Notes under the pieces: model-generated | The model's database searches: none | Seen by the model: the letters and a program-made list of their open reading frames with translations, nothing else | What the model was told of the DNA's origin: nothing | Position numbers and translations under genes: made by a program | Shown here: positions 20,235 to 29,402 of the stretch, piece by piece | How positions within the stretch are numbered: the first letter of the stretch is position 1 | Layout: every line of letters starts with the position of its first letter | Virus record (IMG/VR): IMGVR_UViG_3300028454_000679 | From: a virus | Lineage: Duplodnaviria; Heunggongvirae; Uroviricota; Caudoviricetes | Strand: one strand, 5' to 3' | DNA: 64,000 nt

Positions 20235-21354
20235 TTACCATCCCTTAGGGAAGTTTTCATTTTCTTCCTGGTAGTCATAAACATCGTTGATTTCTCCGAT
20301 ATTATAGAGTGCTATAGCTTCATCTTCTGAACAACGAGTTGTTTTATTGATCGCCCCCCACTCTTCAAGAGTCTCTGAACACTCGGACGGTTCGAGACTA
20401 TAATATGATTTCCCTTTTTTAGAATAGAACCGGATGTCCCTGGTGTTAAACCAGCGTCCATCCACATAGACTAAGCAGTTACTGTGAAGGTTGTTTTCAT
20501 CAACATCAACGACTGTCTTCAATCCAAGTAAATGGAAAAATAGAAATGCTCTTTGGGAAACATCACCACACGTTTGTGAAGGGACCTGAGACTGTACGTA
20601 ACTTGTTGAAAGAAATTCCGTTGCATTAGAAACAAATGGAATACGCTGACCATGGCTGTCAAAAGAAGAAAGATCAACATTATATTTAGTACGATTAGAA
20701 AAGTACGGGATGTACTTATCAGCTGTTGCTGGTAAAAAATCATGGCAAACGTCCCAGCCCATCACATTATATGGCTTAACTATGCTACATTGCTCCCATG
20801 CGGCGTAGGATGCTACCTTATCTATGTCAGACATATCTGGTGTAGTAATTGTATTGATAAGGTTAAGCACTCCTTGTTTCTCGTCTGCTCTTGAACGCAA
20901 CCATTCTGGTTTCTCAACTCCACAGTATTTGCAAGTGTCCCTGTCGTAGCAGTATGGAACATCTTCGTTTTTATCTGTGCCCATGCGATAGTACCAGAGG
21001 AGTTGTTTCTTGCCGAAGTTATGTTCGCAGATGCGGAAATATTTACTTACAGTCTTCTTACCAACCTTTGCAGAAATTGTAACGTCACCTCTTTTAAGTG
21101 CTTTTACTAAACCAGTTTTAGAAACTGTGGCAACTTTTTTGTTGGAAGACTTCCAAGTAACCTTTTTGCCATTGGCGTTCTTTACTTTTAACTGTACTGG
21201 TTCTCTTCCGGCAGTTTCATATGAAGTTACACAAATATGGTTGTCACTTAATCCTGTAGCTACAATCTCTGGTTTACTCTTTGCTTCTGCTGGGATTGTC
21301 TGTACTGTTGTGGTTAGTAAAGTTAGTGCTAGAGTTAATGCTAAACTTTTTCAT
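20235..21354 (-). pseudogene. Ig-like plus transglutaminase-like surface protein with frameshifted signal peptide
   Basis: Paralog of 363..1514; lacks 14 nt between AAAAGTTT repeats just after the ATG; the other frame runs open through the Ig domain into ORF 20235..20984 (TCGD...LHSNC...GRWF). Confidence 0.8.
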
Positions 21355-21411
21355 AATAATCACCTTTCCCTCTCTGGGGTAATAATTGGTTACTACTCCC
21401 TGCTCTTTTTT

Positions 21412-21440
21412 ATTCTACACTATGTTATAGGAAATTGCAA
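21412..21440 (-). promoter_or_regulatory. sigmaA-type promoter (repeat copy)
   Basis: TTGCAA-N17-TAGAAT identical to 1572-1600. Confidence 0.7.
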
Positions 21441-21477
21441 GAGATTTCTTTGTAGCCAAGTGATGGGGTGGTTAAAA

Positions 21478-21507
21478 GGGTGTGTAGGATTTGACCCCTA
21501 TACACCC
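21478..21507 (-). terminator. Repeated terminator, family A
   Basis: gggtgtgtagg-atttgacc-cctatacaccc. Confidence 0.75.
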
Positions 21508-21525
21508 TGGTTGTTTTTGATTTGA

Positions 21526-21585
21526 ATAGGGGGTGGTTTGGTTCCCTATTTAATGGAGGCCTCTACTGCTGAAAGATTGATGATT
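21526..21585. repeat. 60-nt direct repeat, copy 1 (copy 2 at 23096-23155)
   Basis: 41-nt perfect core 21536-21576 = 23106-23146, covering the stop codon and last codons (FQQ*). Confidence 0.85.
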
Positions 21586-23020
21586 GCTTAACATCAGATT
21601 TACTCACCTCGTACCGTTGTTTTAAACCCTCAAAATTATAATACTTATATAATTCATCCGTTTGATTGACAACCGCAACCTCTCTGCCGGAGGTATGGGT
21701 TTGCCAACTGGATTTACCTGGGTGTACAATAAATCTTCCGCAGATTTCGCTGTCCGGAAATTTTTCTCTTAATGCAGTATCTACTCTACCGTTTACGATT
21801 GACCAATTCTCATTCTGTACATTAACCTTGTAACGATGTTTACACTCAATAAGGTAGAACTGTTTTTTGCAAGTATTGTCATTACTCACAATGACTATAT
21901 CAACCTCGTAGTTATTGGATTCTTTTGACTCGATGTAGTAAATAGAATCCGCCGCCTGTTTCTTAAAGAACAGATCAACCATACAGTTTGCCTCATATAC
22001 AAGTCCAAGGATACTATTCATATTATCATAGTCGGGGAAAATTGCCTTAATAAACTGGTATGTTAGTGATGGGTTCACAACATAGGTTTTGTATCCTTTA
22101 AATAAGCCATCTTCTGACCGCTCCGAATGTTCAAGCAGATTCGGTACTTTCACTAAAACCCCCGCACAACATAGTAATTCCGCAACACCTTGCAGTTCAC
22201 TAAGACTTATTTCAACTCCTTCAAGATCAATCCCAAATCTTTGAAGTGCCTGTTGGGTATCAATGTTGTCAGCGCTTTTTAAAAGCGAAGGATTATTTCT
22301 CATTAAATCCCAGATAGCACGATATAGTAACGTGTAAATAATGTTGGAAATTTTCGTGTCATCAAACAATAGTTTATAATCCCTTGCATATCCTTTCAAA
22401 TTATCAATGATAGCAGACTCAATATAGGTGGTCATGGTGTATTTATTCTTAATAACGTAGTTCTCAAAGATACCGCCTTGAGTTAAGTATTCATCACAAA
22501 CAATCTGTGTCATAGATTTATTATATATCCTACAGTATTCCGGAAAAGACATGTGTGTGGTGTGAAGTGTAATCGCACGGTGAATAAGAGGACCAGATTT
22601 TAATGCTTCTAAGCTTAAGGATTCTGTTCCGGTTACAATGATTCTTTTCCCGCGATTAGCAAGTGTATACAAGAAACCATCCAATTCAGAATCCTTTCTT
22701 TTTTCAACCCAGGTGTACTCATCTAAAACAATAACGTTTTCTTTTCGTGATTTTAAAACATCAAGTAATTCATCAGCTGTGATGCTAACTCCTTGCTCCA
22801 TAGTAATATACACTGCATCTCTATTCCGAATCGCTTGTAAAACACCAACACTCTTACCAGTCCCGCGTAAACCGCTTACAAGAAGGACTTTACTTAATGA
22901 TGACTTAATGTACTTTTCAACCTCAAAGACAAAGTCACGTTTTTCCATAATCGGAAAAATTTCATTATCTTCTAAGTATTTATCATAATGATTTTTATCT
23001 ATAATCAGCATATGCATCAT
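21563..23020 (-). CDS. AAA ATPase (AAA_14/DUF4143-like) with C-terminal PD-(D/E)xK-like domain
   Basis: GLRGTGKS, IVLDE, YEVDIVI...LIECKH. Confidence 0.8.
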   Translation of the reverse strand: MMHMLIIDKNHYDKYLEDNEIFPIMEKRDFVFEVEKYIKSSLSKVLLVSGLRGTGKSVGVLQAIRNRDAVYITMEQGVSITADELLDVLKSRKENVIVLDEYTWVEKRKDSELDGFLYTLANRGKRIIVTGTESLSLEALKSGPLIHRAITLHTTHMSFPEYCRIYNKSMTQIVCDEYLTQGGIFENYVIKNKYTMTTYIESAIIDNLKGYARDYKLLFDDTKISNIIYTLLYRAIWDLMRNNPSLLKSADNIDTQQALQRFGIDLEGVEISLSELQGVAELLCCAGVLVKVPNLLEHSERSEDGLFKGYKTYVVNPSLTYQFIKAIFPDYDNMNSILGLVYEANCMVDLFFKKQAADSIYYIESKESNNYEVDIVIVSNDNTCKKQFYLIECKHRYKVNVQNENWSIVNGRVDTALREKFPDSEICGRFIVHPGKSSWQTHTSGREVAVVNQTDELYKYYNFEGLKQRYEVSKSDVKQSSIFQQ

Positions 23021-23095
23021 CTCCTAATCCTATTGTTGCCTGCGTGGAAACTATCTATTCAAGCAGTAGCTTATGTTTATTATACTTTGATTTAC

Positions 23096-23155
23096 ATAGG
23101 GAGTAGTTTGGTTCCCTATTTAATGGAGGCCTCTACTGCTGAAAGACTGATGACT
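23096..23155. repeat. 60-nt direct repeat, copy 2
   Basis: See 21526-21585; offset 1570 bp. Confidence 0.85.
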
Positions 23156-24227
23156 GGTTTATTGTACACTTATCATGTGTTAGTGACATTATTTTGTTCC
23201 ACCTTGCACTACACTCTTCTGGAATTGTATTATTCCACTCAATTGTATGCAAATGTCCAATATTAGCAATCGTCTCAATTACTGTTTTTCCAAATGGAAC
23301 ATAGATCAAATCATCAAATTCATCTATCCCTCCTAAATCGAAAGCTAAGAAAGCCTGGTTATGATCAAATAAAGGTGCAACACCTTTTACACTATTAGTG
23401 CTGTTATCCACAAAGAATCCAATATTACCCAAGTGGCGGTCAGTGTTTGCAATCAAATAGTCAATCACTGCCATATTTGCAAAATCTGACACATACAGAC
23501 TACGTAACTTTTCATACAGTGCCTGTGGTAAATCCTCTGCGGCTACAAACGAAGTATTATCATCTGTCATGCAGGCACACTTACAACAAAGAAAACCATC
23601 CAATTTTGCAGATATGTACTGCACGTGTGAGACATTAGTTTTATCCAATAATTCTGAAGCCTTTAATTCAGCTTTGGTGTTCACAAACCCAGACGTAGAG
23701 TCTGACTTGTACATGAACAACCTATCCCCCTCTCGCTTCCAACATTTTCTAAACATCCCAGATGTTGTTAATTCTGCATCCATCAAACTATGTTCGACAC
23801 TTACAGAGCGGCCTCGCAATGCTATATCAAATACAACATCAGATAAATACCTATGTCTGATATTAACATCAGCAAATTGTATACACTCGTTGTCCCCTTT
23901 CACCCAAATATTATCAAGCACTGATACACCTCTACAGGATAATGATAATTGAAACATTGTCTCAGTACTTGCTTTTTGTGAAGCTCCAACTGAATGTAAG
24001 ATAGCTTTGGCGTTCTCTCTACTCAGTAGGAGTGTTCTATTTGCGAAGAAATAGCGCAAAGTGTCGTAATTGCGTAATATTTCCTTAGCTGTTATCAAAG
24101 TTTTAGAGTTTTTGATAATACTTTGGAGCTGCAGTGGCAAGAATTTGAAATTCAGAATTTCCACAGTGTAGGATTCATCATCAAAATATAACACCTCTCT
24201 ATCACCATTCATCAATACCATGTGCAC
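23133..24227 (-). CDS. HipA-like kinase (intact)
   Basis: TTSGMFRKCW, FMYK, NTDRHLGN, APLFDHN. Confidence 0.8.
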   Translation of the reverse strand: MHMVLMNGDREVLYFDDESYTVEILNFKFLPLQLQSIIKNSKTLITAKEILRNYDTLRYFFANRTLLLSRENAKAILHSVGASQKASTETMFQLSLSCRGVSVLDNIWVKGDNECIQFADVNIRHRYLSDVVFDIALRGRSVSVEHSLMDAELTTSGMFRKCWKREGDRLFMYKSDSTSGFVNTKAELKASELLDKTNVSHVQYISAKLDGFLCCKCACMTDDNTSFVAAEDLPQALYEKLRSLYVSDFANMAVIDYLIANTDRHLGNIGFFVDNSTNSVKGVAPLFDHNQAFLAFDLGGIDEFDDLIYVPFGKTVIETIANIGHLHTIEWNNTIPEECSARWNKIMSLTHDKCTINQSSVFQQ

Positions 24228-24307
24228 TCATCTCCTTGCTCATTGAAAATTACACGCTTAGGTTTATTATAGCATAAAATAGACTTTGTTGATAGCTTAT
24301 TCTAGAA

Positions 24308-24339
24308 AAGGTGTATAGGATTTGACCCCTATACACCTT
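24308..24339 (-). terminator. Repeated terminator, family A, with compensatory stem changes
   Basis: aaggtgtatagg-atttgacc-cctatacacctt. Confidence 0.8.
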
Positions 24340-24348
24340 GGTTAGTAC

Positions 24349-25128
24349 TTAATGACTTTTGCTTTCTTTAGATTCTGTAAATAGGTTACTCGTGCCAAGA
24401 GTTATATTGCGCTCTTCATAGTCTAAAACATCATGGAAATCATCCAAATAAGAAAGCGCCGTCTCAATATTTGTGTTTAGTTCCGGCTGTTCCTTTAGCA
24501 TAGCCGTCAATGCGCTTTTATTTTGTTTTTCTATATCTGCTACTTGATAGTACAATTCTTCCAAGTCATCCACTTTTAACACATCATTCAAAAACTGCCA
24601 CATTTTCTCTGAAACTGTATCCAAGTTACCATATAATTCTTTTACCGCATCCTCTATACGCTCTTTGGAAATAGGTGTCTGTTTCTGATAATTCTCTGTC
24701 AGGATGCCGATAATATCTGATCTGTCGTGTTTGTAAGCACGTCCAGAAACCATTTTCATAGCGATAAGGTATTCGTCTGGCACAATTCGTACCTCTAAGC
24801 AATTACAGAACGTCTTATAGAATTTACTGTGCAAAACTAATTCTTTACTGTAAGAGTTCGTTTTGGAAAACTCGCTGTTTAACCATCCGTTTGCCAATCC
24901 GTTTTTATCACCCACATGATTTGCTACCTCCTTGATAAGAGAGGAAGAACCACGAATGATAGCATCTAAGTCCTCTGTGGTATTTCTAAAGTTATAGCCT
25001 AACATAATCGCACCGCCACCCACAAGAATGAGTTCCGCGTGTGGATTTGTGCGGTTTGTCTTCTTATATTCTTTTGCTACTTCGTACAAATAATGGTCGA
25101 TTTCACTCTTTGATAACTGTTTCGGCAT
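24349..25128 (-). CDS. Nucleotidyltransferase (DUF6036/AbiEii-like), putative toxin
   Basis: LILVGGGAI...RNTTEDLDA, LIAMK...R-HD-SD motifs. Confidence 0.75.
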   Translation of the reverse strand: MPKQLSKSEIDHYLYEVAKEYKKTNRTNPHAELILVGGGAIMLGYNFRNTTEDLDAIIRGSSSLIKEVANHVGDKNGLANGWLNSEFSKTNSYSKELVLHSKFYKTFCNCLEVRIVPDEYLIAMKMVSGRAYKHDRSDIIGILTENYQKQTPISKERIEDAVKELYGNLDTVSEKMWQFLNDVLKVDDLEELYYQVADIEKQNKSALTAMLKEQPELNTNIETALSYLDDFHDVLDYEERNITLGTSNLFTESKESKSH

Positions 25129-25141
25129 TATAGTCCTCCCT

Positions 25142-25558
25142 TTAACTCACATTTCTTATATCCATTTCTATGATATTATACTTTATGAAATATTTTCCAA
25201 CTGGATCTTTTTTAGCAATTTCTACTACTTCTGCAAGTTTGTCATTAGCAGAAACGATGGACTCTGCCAATACATCCCGTGGATAAACGATTGCTGATAG
25301 GGTAAGACTGCGATAACACTCATATCCAGGGAAGGGTTGAAGCCCATGCAGGTGTGCAAGATAGTCCAAAAGAGCCAGGGTATAAAACGCCTTTACGTTC
25401 ATATTCGCTTCCCAAAAGATAGGCACCCACTTCTCGGAAATAGCAAGAAACATAAAGTCTCGGTCGCCAAGGCGTTTTAGAAAATGACACATATCGGATT
25501 TGAAGTTTTCAAAGTCTTCTTCATAGAAAAGAGGCTCTAAGTAAATGTACTCCTTCAT
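25142..25558 (-). CDS. Partner of the nucleotidyltransferase (putative antitoxin-like protein)
   Basis: FENFKSDMCHFLK...FYTLALLDYL pattern; 13 nt upstream of the NTase; no N-terminal HTH visible. Confidence 0.55.
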   Translation of the reverse strand: MKEYIYLEPLFYEEDFENFKSDMCHFLKRLGDRDFMFLAISEKWVPIFWEANMNVKAFYTLALLDYLAHLHGLQPFPGYECYRSLTLSAIVYPRDVLAESIVSANDKLAEVVEIAKKDPVGKYFIKYNIIEMDIRNVS

Positions 25559-25703
25559 AGCTTCTCCTTTAACTAAATCTGATGATGCTTATATTATACC
25601 ATACAGTTAAATTTTTCTCTACTGCTATACATCGCTCTTCTTTATTTATTGCTTAACCAGTTTCGTAATTTATTCCCGAAGTGCTGAATGGAGTGTGATG
25701 AAA

Positions 25704-25734
25704 AAGGCGTATAGGATTTGACCCCTACACACCC
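25704..25734 (-). terminator. Repeated terminator, family A, ending the Tad-like operon
   Basis: ggcgtatagg-atttgacc-cctacacacc 13 nt past the 25748 stop. Confidence 0.75.
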
Positions 25735-25747
25735 TGATTTGTTATGG

Positions 25748-26656
25748 TTATTTACGCCACTGTTTGATAATATTATCAAATGATGCTGCATCAGTCAATG
25801 ACAGCAATTTCTTTACAAGAAGCACAATAACATACTTCGCCGGTAAAAGTACACTTGCCAGTAAACACACGCCTATGACAACCTGTACACAAGCAAGTAT
25901 TCGGTTAGCGAAGTAATGGTATCCTCTTAAGAAGAAGAAAAAGGAAAATCCCATACAGACAAGCACAAAAGCTTGTTGCTGTACTTGTGTGTACTTGAAA
26001 AGAAAGCAAACAAGTCCTAAAGCAAAGCAGACACCCGAGAGAGCATACCAGAAAATAGACTTCCAAGCATACTCGAAATGTGTCCCCTTGTACTCATTAT
26101 CCTCATCTTGATCCTTATGTACTTCTAGAATCTTCTGTTGCACTGCTGGAACTGCAGCGTATGGTACACCCATCTCATAAAGCGAGGCAACATCTGTTGG
26201 TAACTGAGCGGCTAACTCACATGCCAAAGCTTCCCCTACACCTAAGTTTACCAGTTCTCGTACAAAAGGTGACAAATGGTCAGGTGGGTCGTAGAAGCAG
26301 TCGATAATCTCAGTTAGCTCCTTAATAGTGTAACGCGCCTTTATAGACCCCATAATAATTAACAGCAGTTCTTCGAAGTGCTCTACATCCGTCTGCAGAA
26401 CAAATCGATCTTCAGCTGTCTCCCAAAGGGACATAGGGTCAATATCAATAGGCTGCTTAGACCAACACACAACACATGAATCCTTCTCTGGAATATCTAA
26501 GTTCTTCAGAAGGTTCTTGGCGTAGTTAAAATCAGTATGGGCGATATCGTGCTTAGAAACAAGTAAGATAATATTAGTGTCCAAGCACAAGTAAAATTCG
26601 CCAATATTGATAGTGGTATAAAAATACTTTGAAAAATCTTTTACAATAACTCCCAT
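25748..26656 (-). CDS. Hypothetical membrane protein (C-terminal TM helices)
   Basis: Three hydrophobic segments at the C-terminus; TAATG overlap with upstream gene. Confidence 0.7.
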   Translation of the reverse strand: MGVIVKDFSKYFYTTINIGEFYLCLDTNIILLVSKHDIAHTDFNYAKNLLKNLDIPEKDSCVVCWSKQPIDIDPMSLWETAEDRFVLQTDVEHFEELLLIIMGSIKARYTIKELTEIIDCFYDPPDHLSPFVRELVNLGVGEALACELAAQLPTDVASLYEMGVPYAAVPAVQQKILEVHKDQDEDNEYKGTHFEYAWKSIFWYALSGVCFALGLVCFLFKYTQVQQQAFVLVCMGFSFFFFLRGYHYFANRILACVQVVIGVCLLASVLLPAKYVIVLLVKKLLSLTDAASFDNIIKQWRK

Positions 26657-27357
26657 TAATTTAATTCCTGTCTAAATGTGATAACATACTCTCCATTATC
26701 CTTTGTTGTGTAAGCAAAGAAGTCACCATCAGGGTTAATCCAGTAAGGGTTAACTACAGAAACTTCAGAGTCAATAGCTGCAGGTTTATGTCCTGCGGCT
26801 ATCGCCTGTTCATCAGTTAGATTCTGTCCTGCATGGTCATGCTGAGCATGCTCTTTTGTTAAAGGTACTGTTCCCTTGGTAGGGTCTTTGTCAACATAGC
26901 AGTTAATATCATACTCCTGTACAACACCATCGCCATCCATATCAGCCTTGATAAAAGTGTCGAAAGTTGAACCTTCCCTAAGACTCACTGAAGCTGTTGG
27001 GACTTTCTTGTGCTCCGGGTCATCACTCTGCTCCGTTGGGCTAAAGTCACCGTAAACGAAGTAGTCCTTAGTCACACCTGAAGCATCAGCCGCATTCTGC
27101 ATAGCAAAGGTCTGTACACGAATCTCGTAGTGATCACTGTACTGTCTACAGCACTGTAGAACATCCTCGCCTTTTACAGACTTGTTGTTGTACATGGTTA
27201 AAGGTGCTCGTTCTATCTCCTCAACACCAAATCCCTCGTTAGCTGCTTTCGTTACTAAATTCTCACCGACATTGTAAAACTTCATAACAGCCGCAATAAC
27301 TAAAGCCGTTACAGCAAGGGCAACACCTGCTTTTACAATCTCTAAAACATGGTCCAC
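26656..27357 (-). CDS. Pilin-like paralog
   Basis: N-terminal hydrophobic helix, VKGEDVLQCCRQY and WINPDGDF motifs; DMDGDG Ca-binding-like loop. Confidence 0.6.
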   Translation of the reverse strand: MDHVLEIVKAGVALAVTALVIAAVMKFYNVGENLVTKAANEGFGVEEIERAPLTMYNNKSVKGEDVLQCCRQYSDHYEIRVQTFAMQNAADASGVTKDYFVYGDFSPTEQSDDPEHKKVPTASVSLREGSTFDTFIKADMDGDGVVQEYDINCYVDKDPTKGTVPLTKEHAQHDHAGQNLTDEQAIAAGHKPAAIDSEVSVVNPYWINPDGDFFAYTTKDNGEYVITFRQELN

Positions 27358-27368
27358 CTAATCACCTC

Positions 27369-28358
27369 CTATGGATTGCAGTAAGGACATGGGAAGGCTC
27401 CTGTCTCTGCGGCACTCCGAGTAGTATAGTAAACAGAGCTAGTATCTGCACCATCCACCTGACACTGCTCTGTATGGTAATACTTGATATGACCCGTATG
27501 TGGTCTTACGTAAAATGCTGTACCTTTGTATGCTCTTGCACCTGCTACGGTCATTTTAGAGTAATACTTGTCACTCTTAAGCACATTAGAGTATCCTTGG
27601 AATACAGTCACAAGTGAAAGGTCTGTAACAGCACGTGCCAAGTCCGACTTAGCATTCGCAGGCAAGTTAAAAGAGTAAGAGATACCAAAGTCCTGCGCAA
27701 TAATATTATTCTGCTGAATATAATACTGCATATACTTGACAATACAATCAGCTATTGCATTCTGTTTTACCTGCTCGTAGTCACTTGATCCATTTGCGTA
27801 AAGAATGCTCTCCTTGTAGTCCTTTTCAAAGTCAGTATAGTTCGGAGTATTTCCACTATTGTAGACCTCTAGTAACTTATCATACTTACCATGGTACTCA
27901 TCGTAAGGTGTAATAAACTGTACAGTGTCATCCAAATGGAAGTTAACCGTGTACTTTGGACAACTGTAACGGTAAGGATACTTCACACTCCAAACAGACT
28001 TTACAATATTATTCTCTAAAACATTGTACCTGAGGTAGAACCCATCATTCTCAGTGAGAACAACAACTGGCAGGTAAATATTGAATTTGCTCTGTTGTTC
28101 TGGGTCATCAATAATACCGAATGAGGAGTACATAGAATTGTAGAATGTACTGATAATCTGGTCCTCATCCACATTAACGCTACCATCGTCAGCTACAACG
28201 ATATTAGACAATGCATCCTGTGAGGCATTGTCCACGTTAATATTAGCCTGCTCAATAATAGACTGGGCATGTCCTGTCCTAGTTATACTGATTCTTAGAA
28301 AAACAAACCCTGTAACAAGAATAAGTATAAAAATAGGAATATAACTAGTAATTTTCAT
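27369..28358 (-). CDS. Tad-locus membrane-anchored protein (TadE/G-like) with C-terminal Ada-like metal-binding motif
   Basis: N-terminal TM, NVDNASQDA; ends YYHTEQC...GAFPCPYCNP. Confidence 0.55.
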   Translation of the reverse strand: MKITSYIPIFILILVTGFVFLRISITRTGHAQSIIEQANINVDNASQDALSNIVVADDGSVNVDEDQIISTFYNSMYSSFGIIDDPEQQSKFNIYLPVVVLTENDGFYLRYNVLENNIVKSVWSVKYPYRYSCPKYTVNFHLDDTVQFITPYDEYHGKYDKLLEVYNSGNTPNYTDFEKDYKESILYANGSSDYEQVKQNAIADCIVKYMQYYIQQNNIIAQDFGISYSFNLPANAKSDLARAVTDLSLVTVFQGYSNVLKSDKYYSKMTVAGARAYKGTAFYVRPHTGHIKYYHTEQCQVDGADTSSVYYTTRSAAETGAFPCPYCNP

Positions 28359-28896
28359 CGGTTATTGTACCTCCGTAAACTACATTAATGGCACTAGAGC
28401 CACGTGATGACCCAAAGAAGATACCCCGAAAGAAGTCAGAAAGAGTTTGGTCAGTGTTAGTGACCTGAACAGTGAGGTAGTCACCTTTTTTCATATGATA
28501 CTCACCACTCTTCTGCCCTGCCTTTTTCTCTTCCGTAGTTACTTCCTTTGTAAACAATGCATTCTTTATATCATTTGAGTAAAAATGGTCTTCGTTACTT
28601 ACTGTACCCTTAACCTCATCAGACCCCGCGTCAAAAATGGGAGTAACATAGGTGTGTACATGGGTAAAATCCACCTTGTAAGTATGACCTGTAGTACCCA
28701 ACTCATTTTCAAATTCATTATACATGCTCTGCGTAATTTTACCTTGCTTCTTAACATTCTCTACAAAGTCAACAGTGAACGCTTGGACGGCTTGCTGGGA
28801 TACAGCGTCAGAGTTCTCGGCATGTAAAAATGTTGGCACAACAAACACAAATACAGTCAGTAATACAACTGCCACAAATTTTCCTATAGTCTCCAT
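28345..28896 (-). CDS. Tad-locus pseudopilin-like protein
   Basis: Start moved to METIGKF (ATG 28896, AGGGGG RBS); single N-terminal TM. Confidence 0.6.
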   Translation of the reverse strand: METIGKFVAVVLLTVFVFVVPTFLHAENSDAVSQQAVQAFTVDFVENVKKQGKITQSMYNEFENELGTTGHTYKVDFTHVHTYVTPIFDAGSDEVKGTVSNEDHFYSNDIKNALFTKEVTTEEKKAGQKSGEYHMKKGDYLTVQVTNTDQTLSDFFRGIFFGSSRGSSAINVVYGGTITDENY

Positions 28897-28897
28897 G

Positions 28898-29392
28898 CTA
28901 TTCAGCCCCCTTGAAAATAAATAGAATATTGGTTCGTCCATTAGTTTCACTGTACTCATACTTGGCAGCATAGTGACCAGGCGTGAGCTTTGTGAATGCG
29001 TCAGCAATAACACTGTCTGGCACAGTATCTGAGCTTGCACCAGAAAAAATCGTGTGGTAGTTAGAGTCGCCAACTGCCGAACCCTCTTCCACAATAAAAG
29101 AACCTAAAGTCCTGGTGAACCTGTAATTTTTAACCTGACTATGAACTTCTATAGAAACATTAACATTATCCGTAGTGTATAAAAGACTTTTAATATCATC
29201 AGGAGTGTAGAGAATCTCCTCTACACCCCTGGATGACTCTGTGGCACTTAAAGAATAAGTGTCTTCCAAAAGATTCTGGACAGCAGTATTAGATCTACTA
29301 ACACTATTCTGCAGAATAAGTGCTAAGGCTATAGCTCCTGTCACAATCATAGGGCCTATAGCCCTGTAAATCATTCTTATAACTGTGTCCAT
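28898..29392 (-). CDS. Pilin-like protein (diverged)
   Basis: N-terminal hydrophobic helix; tightly packed in the operon. Confidence 0.55.
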   Translation of the reverse strand: MDTVIRMIYRAIGPMIVTGAIALALILQNSVSRSNTAVQNLLEDTYSLSATESSRGVEEILYTPDDIKSLLYTTDNVNVSIEVHSQVKNYRFTRTLGSFIVEEGSAVGDSNYHTIFSGASSDTVPDSVIADAFTKLTPGHYAAKYEYSETNGRTNILFIFKGAE

Positions 29393-29402
29393 AATTTACT
29401 CC

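Noticed and set aside
21010-21525. 171-aa plus-strand ORF
   Set aside because: Antisense shadow of the frameshifted Ig-domain gene and its promoter.
8919-25734. CRISPR array or integron attC sites
   Set aside because: Repeats are kilobases apart without uniform spacers; no full RYYYAAC/GTTRRRY ends, and no cas or integron integrase gene; the hairpin plus U-tract fits terminators.
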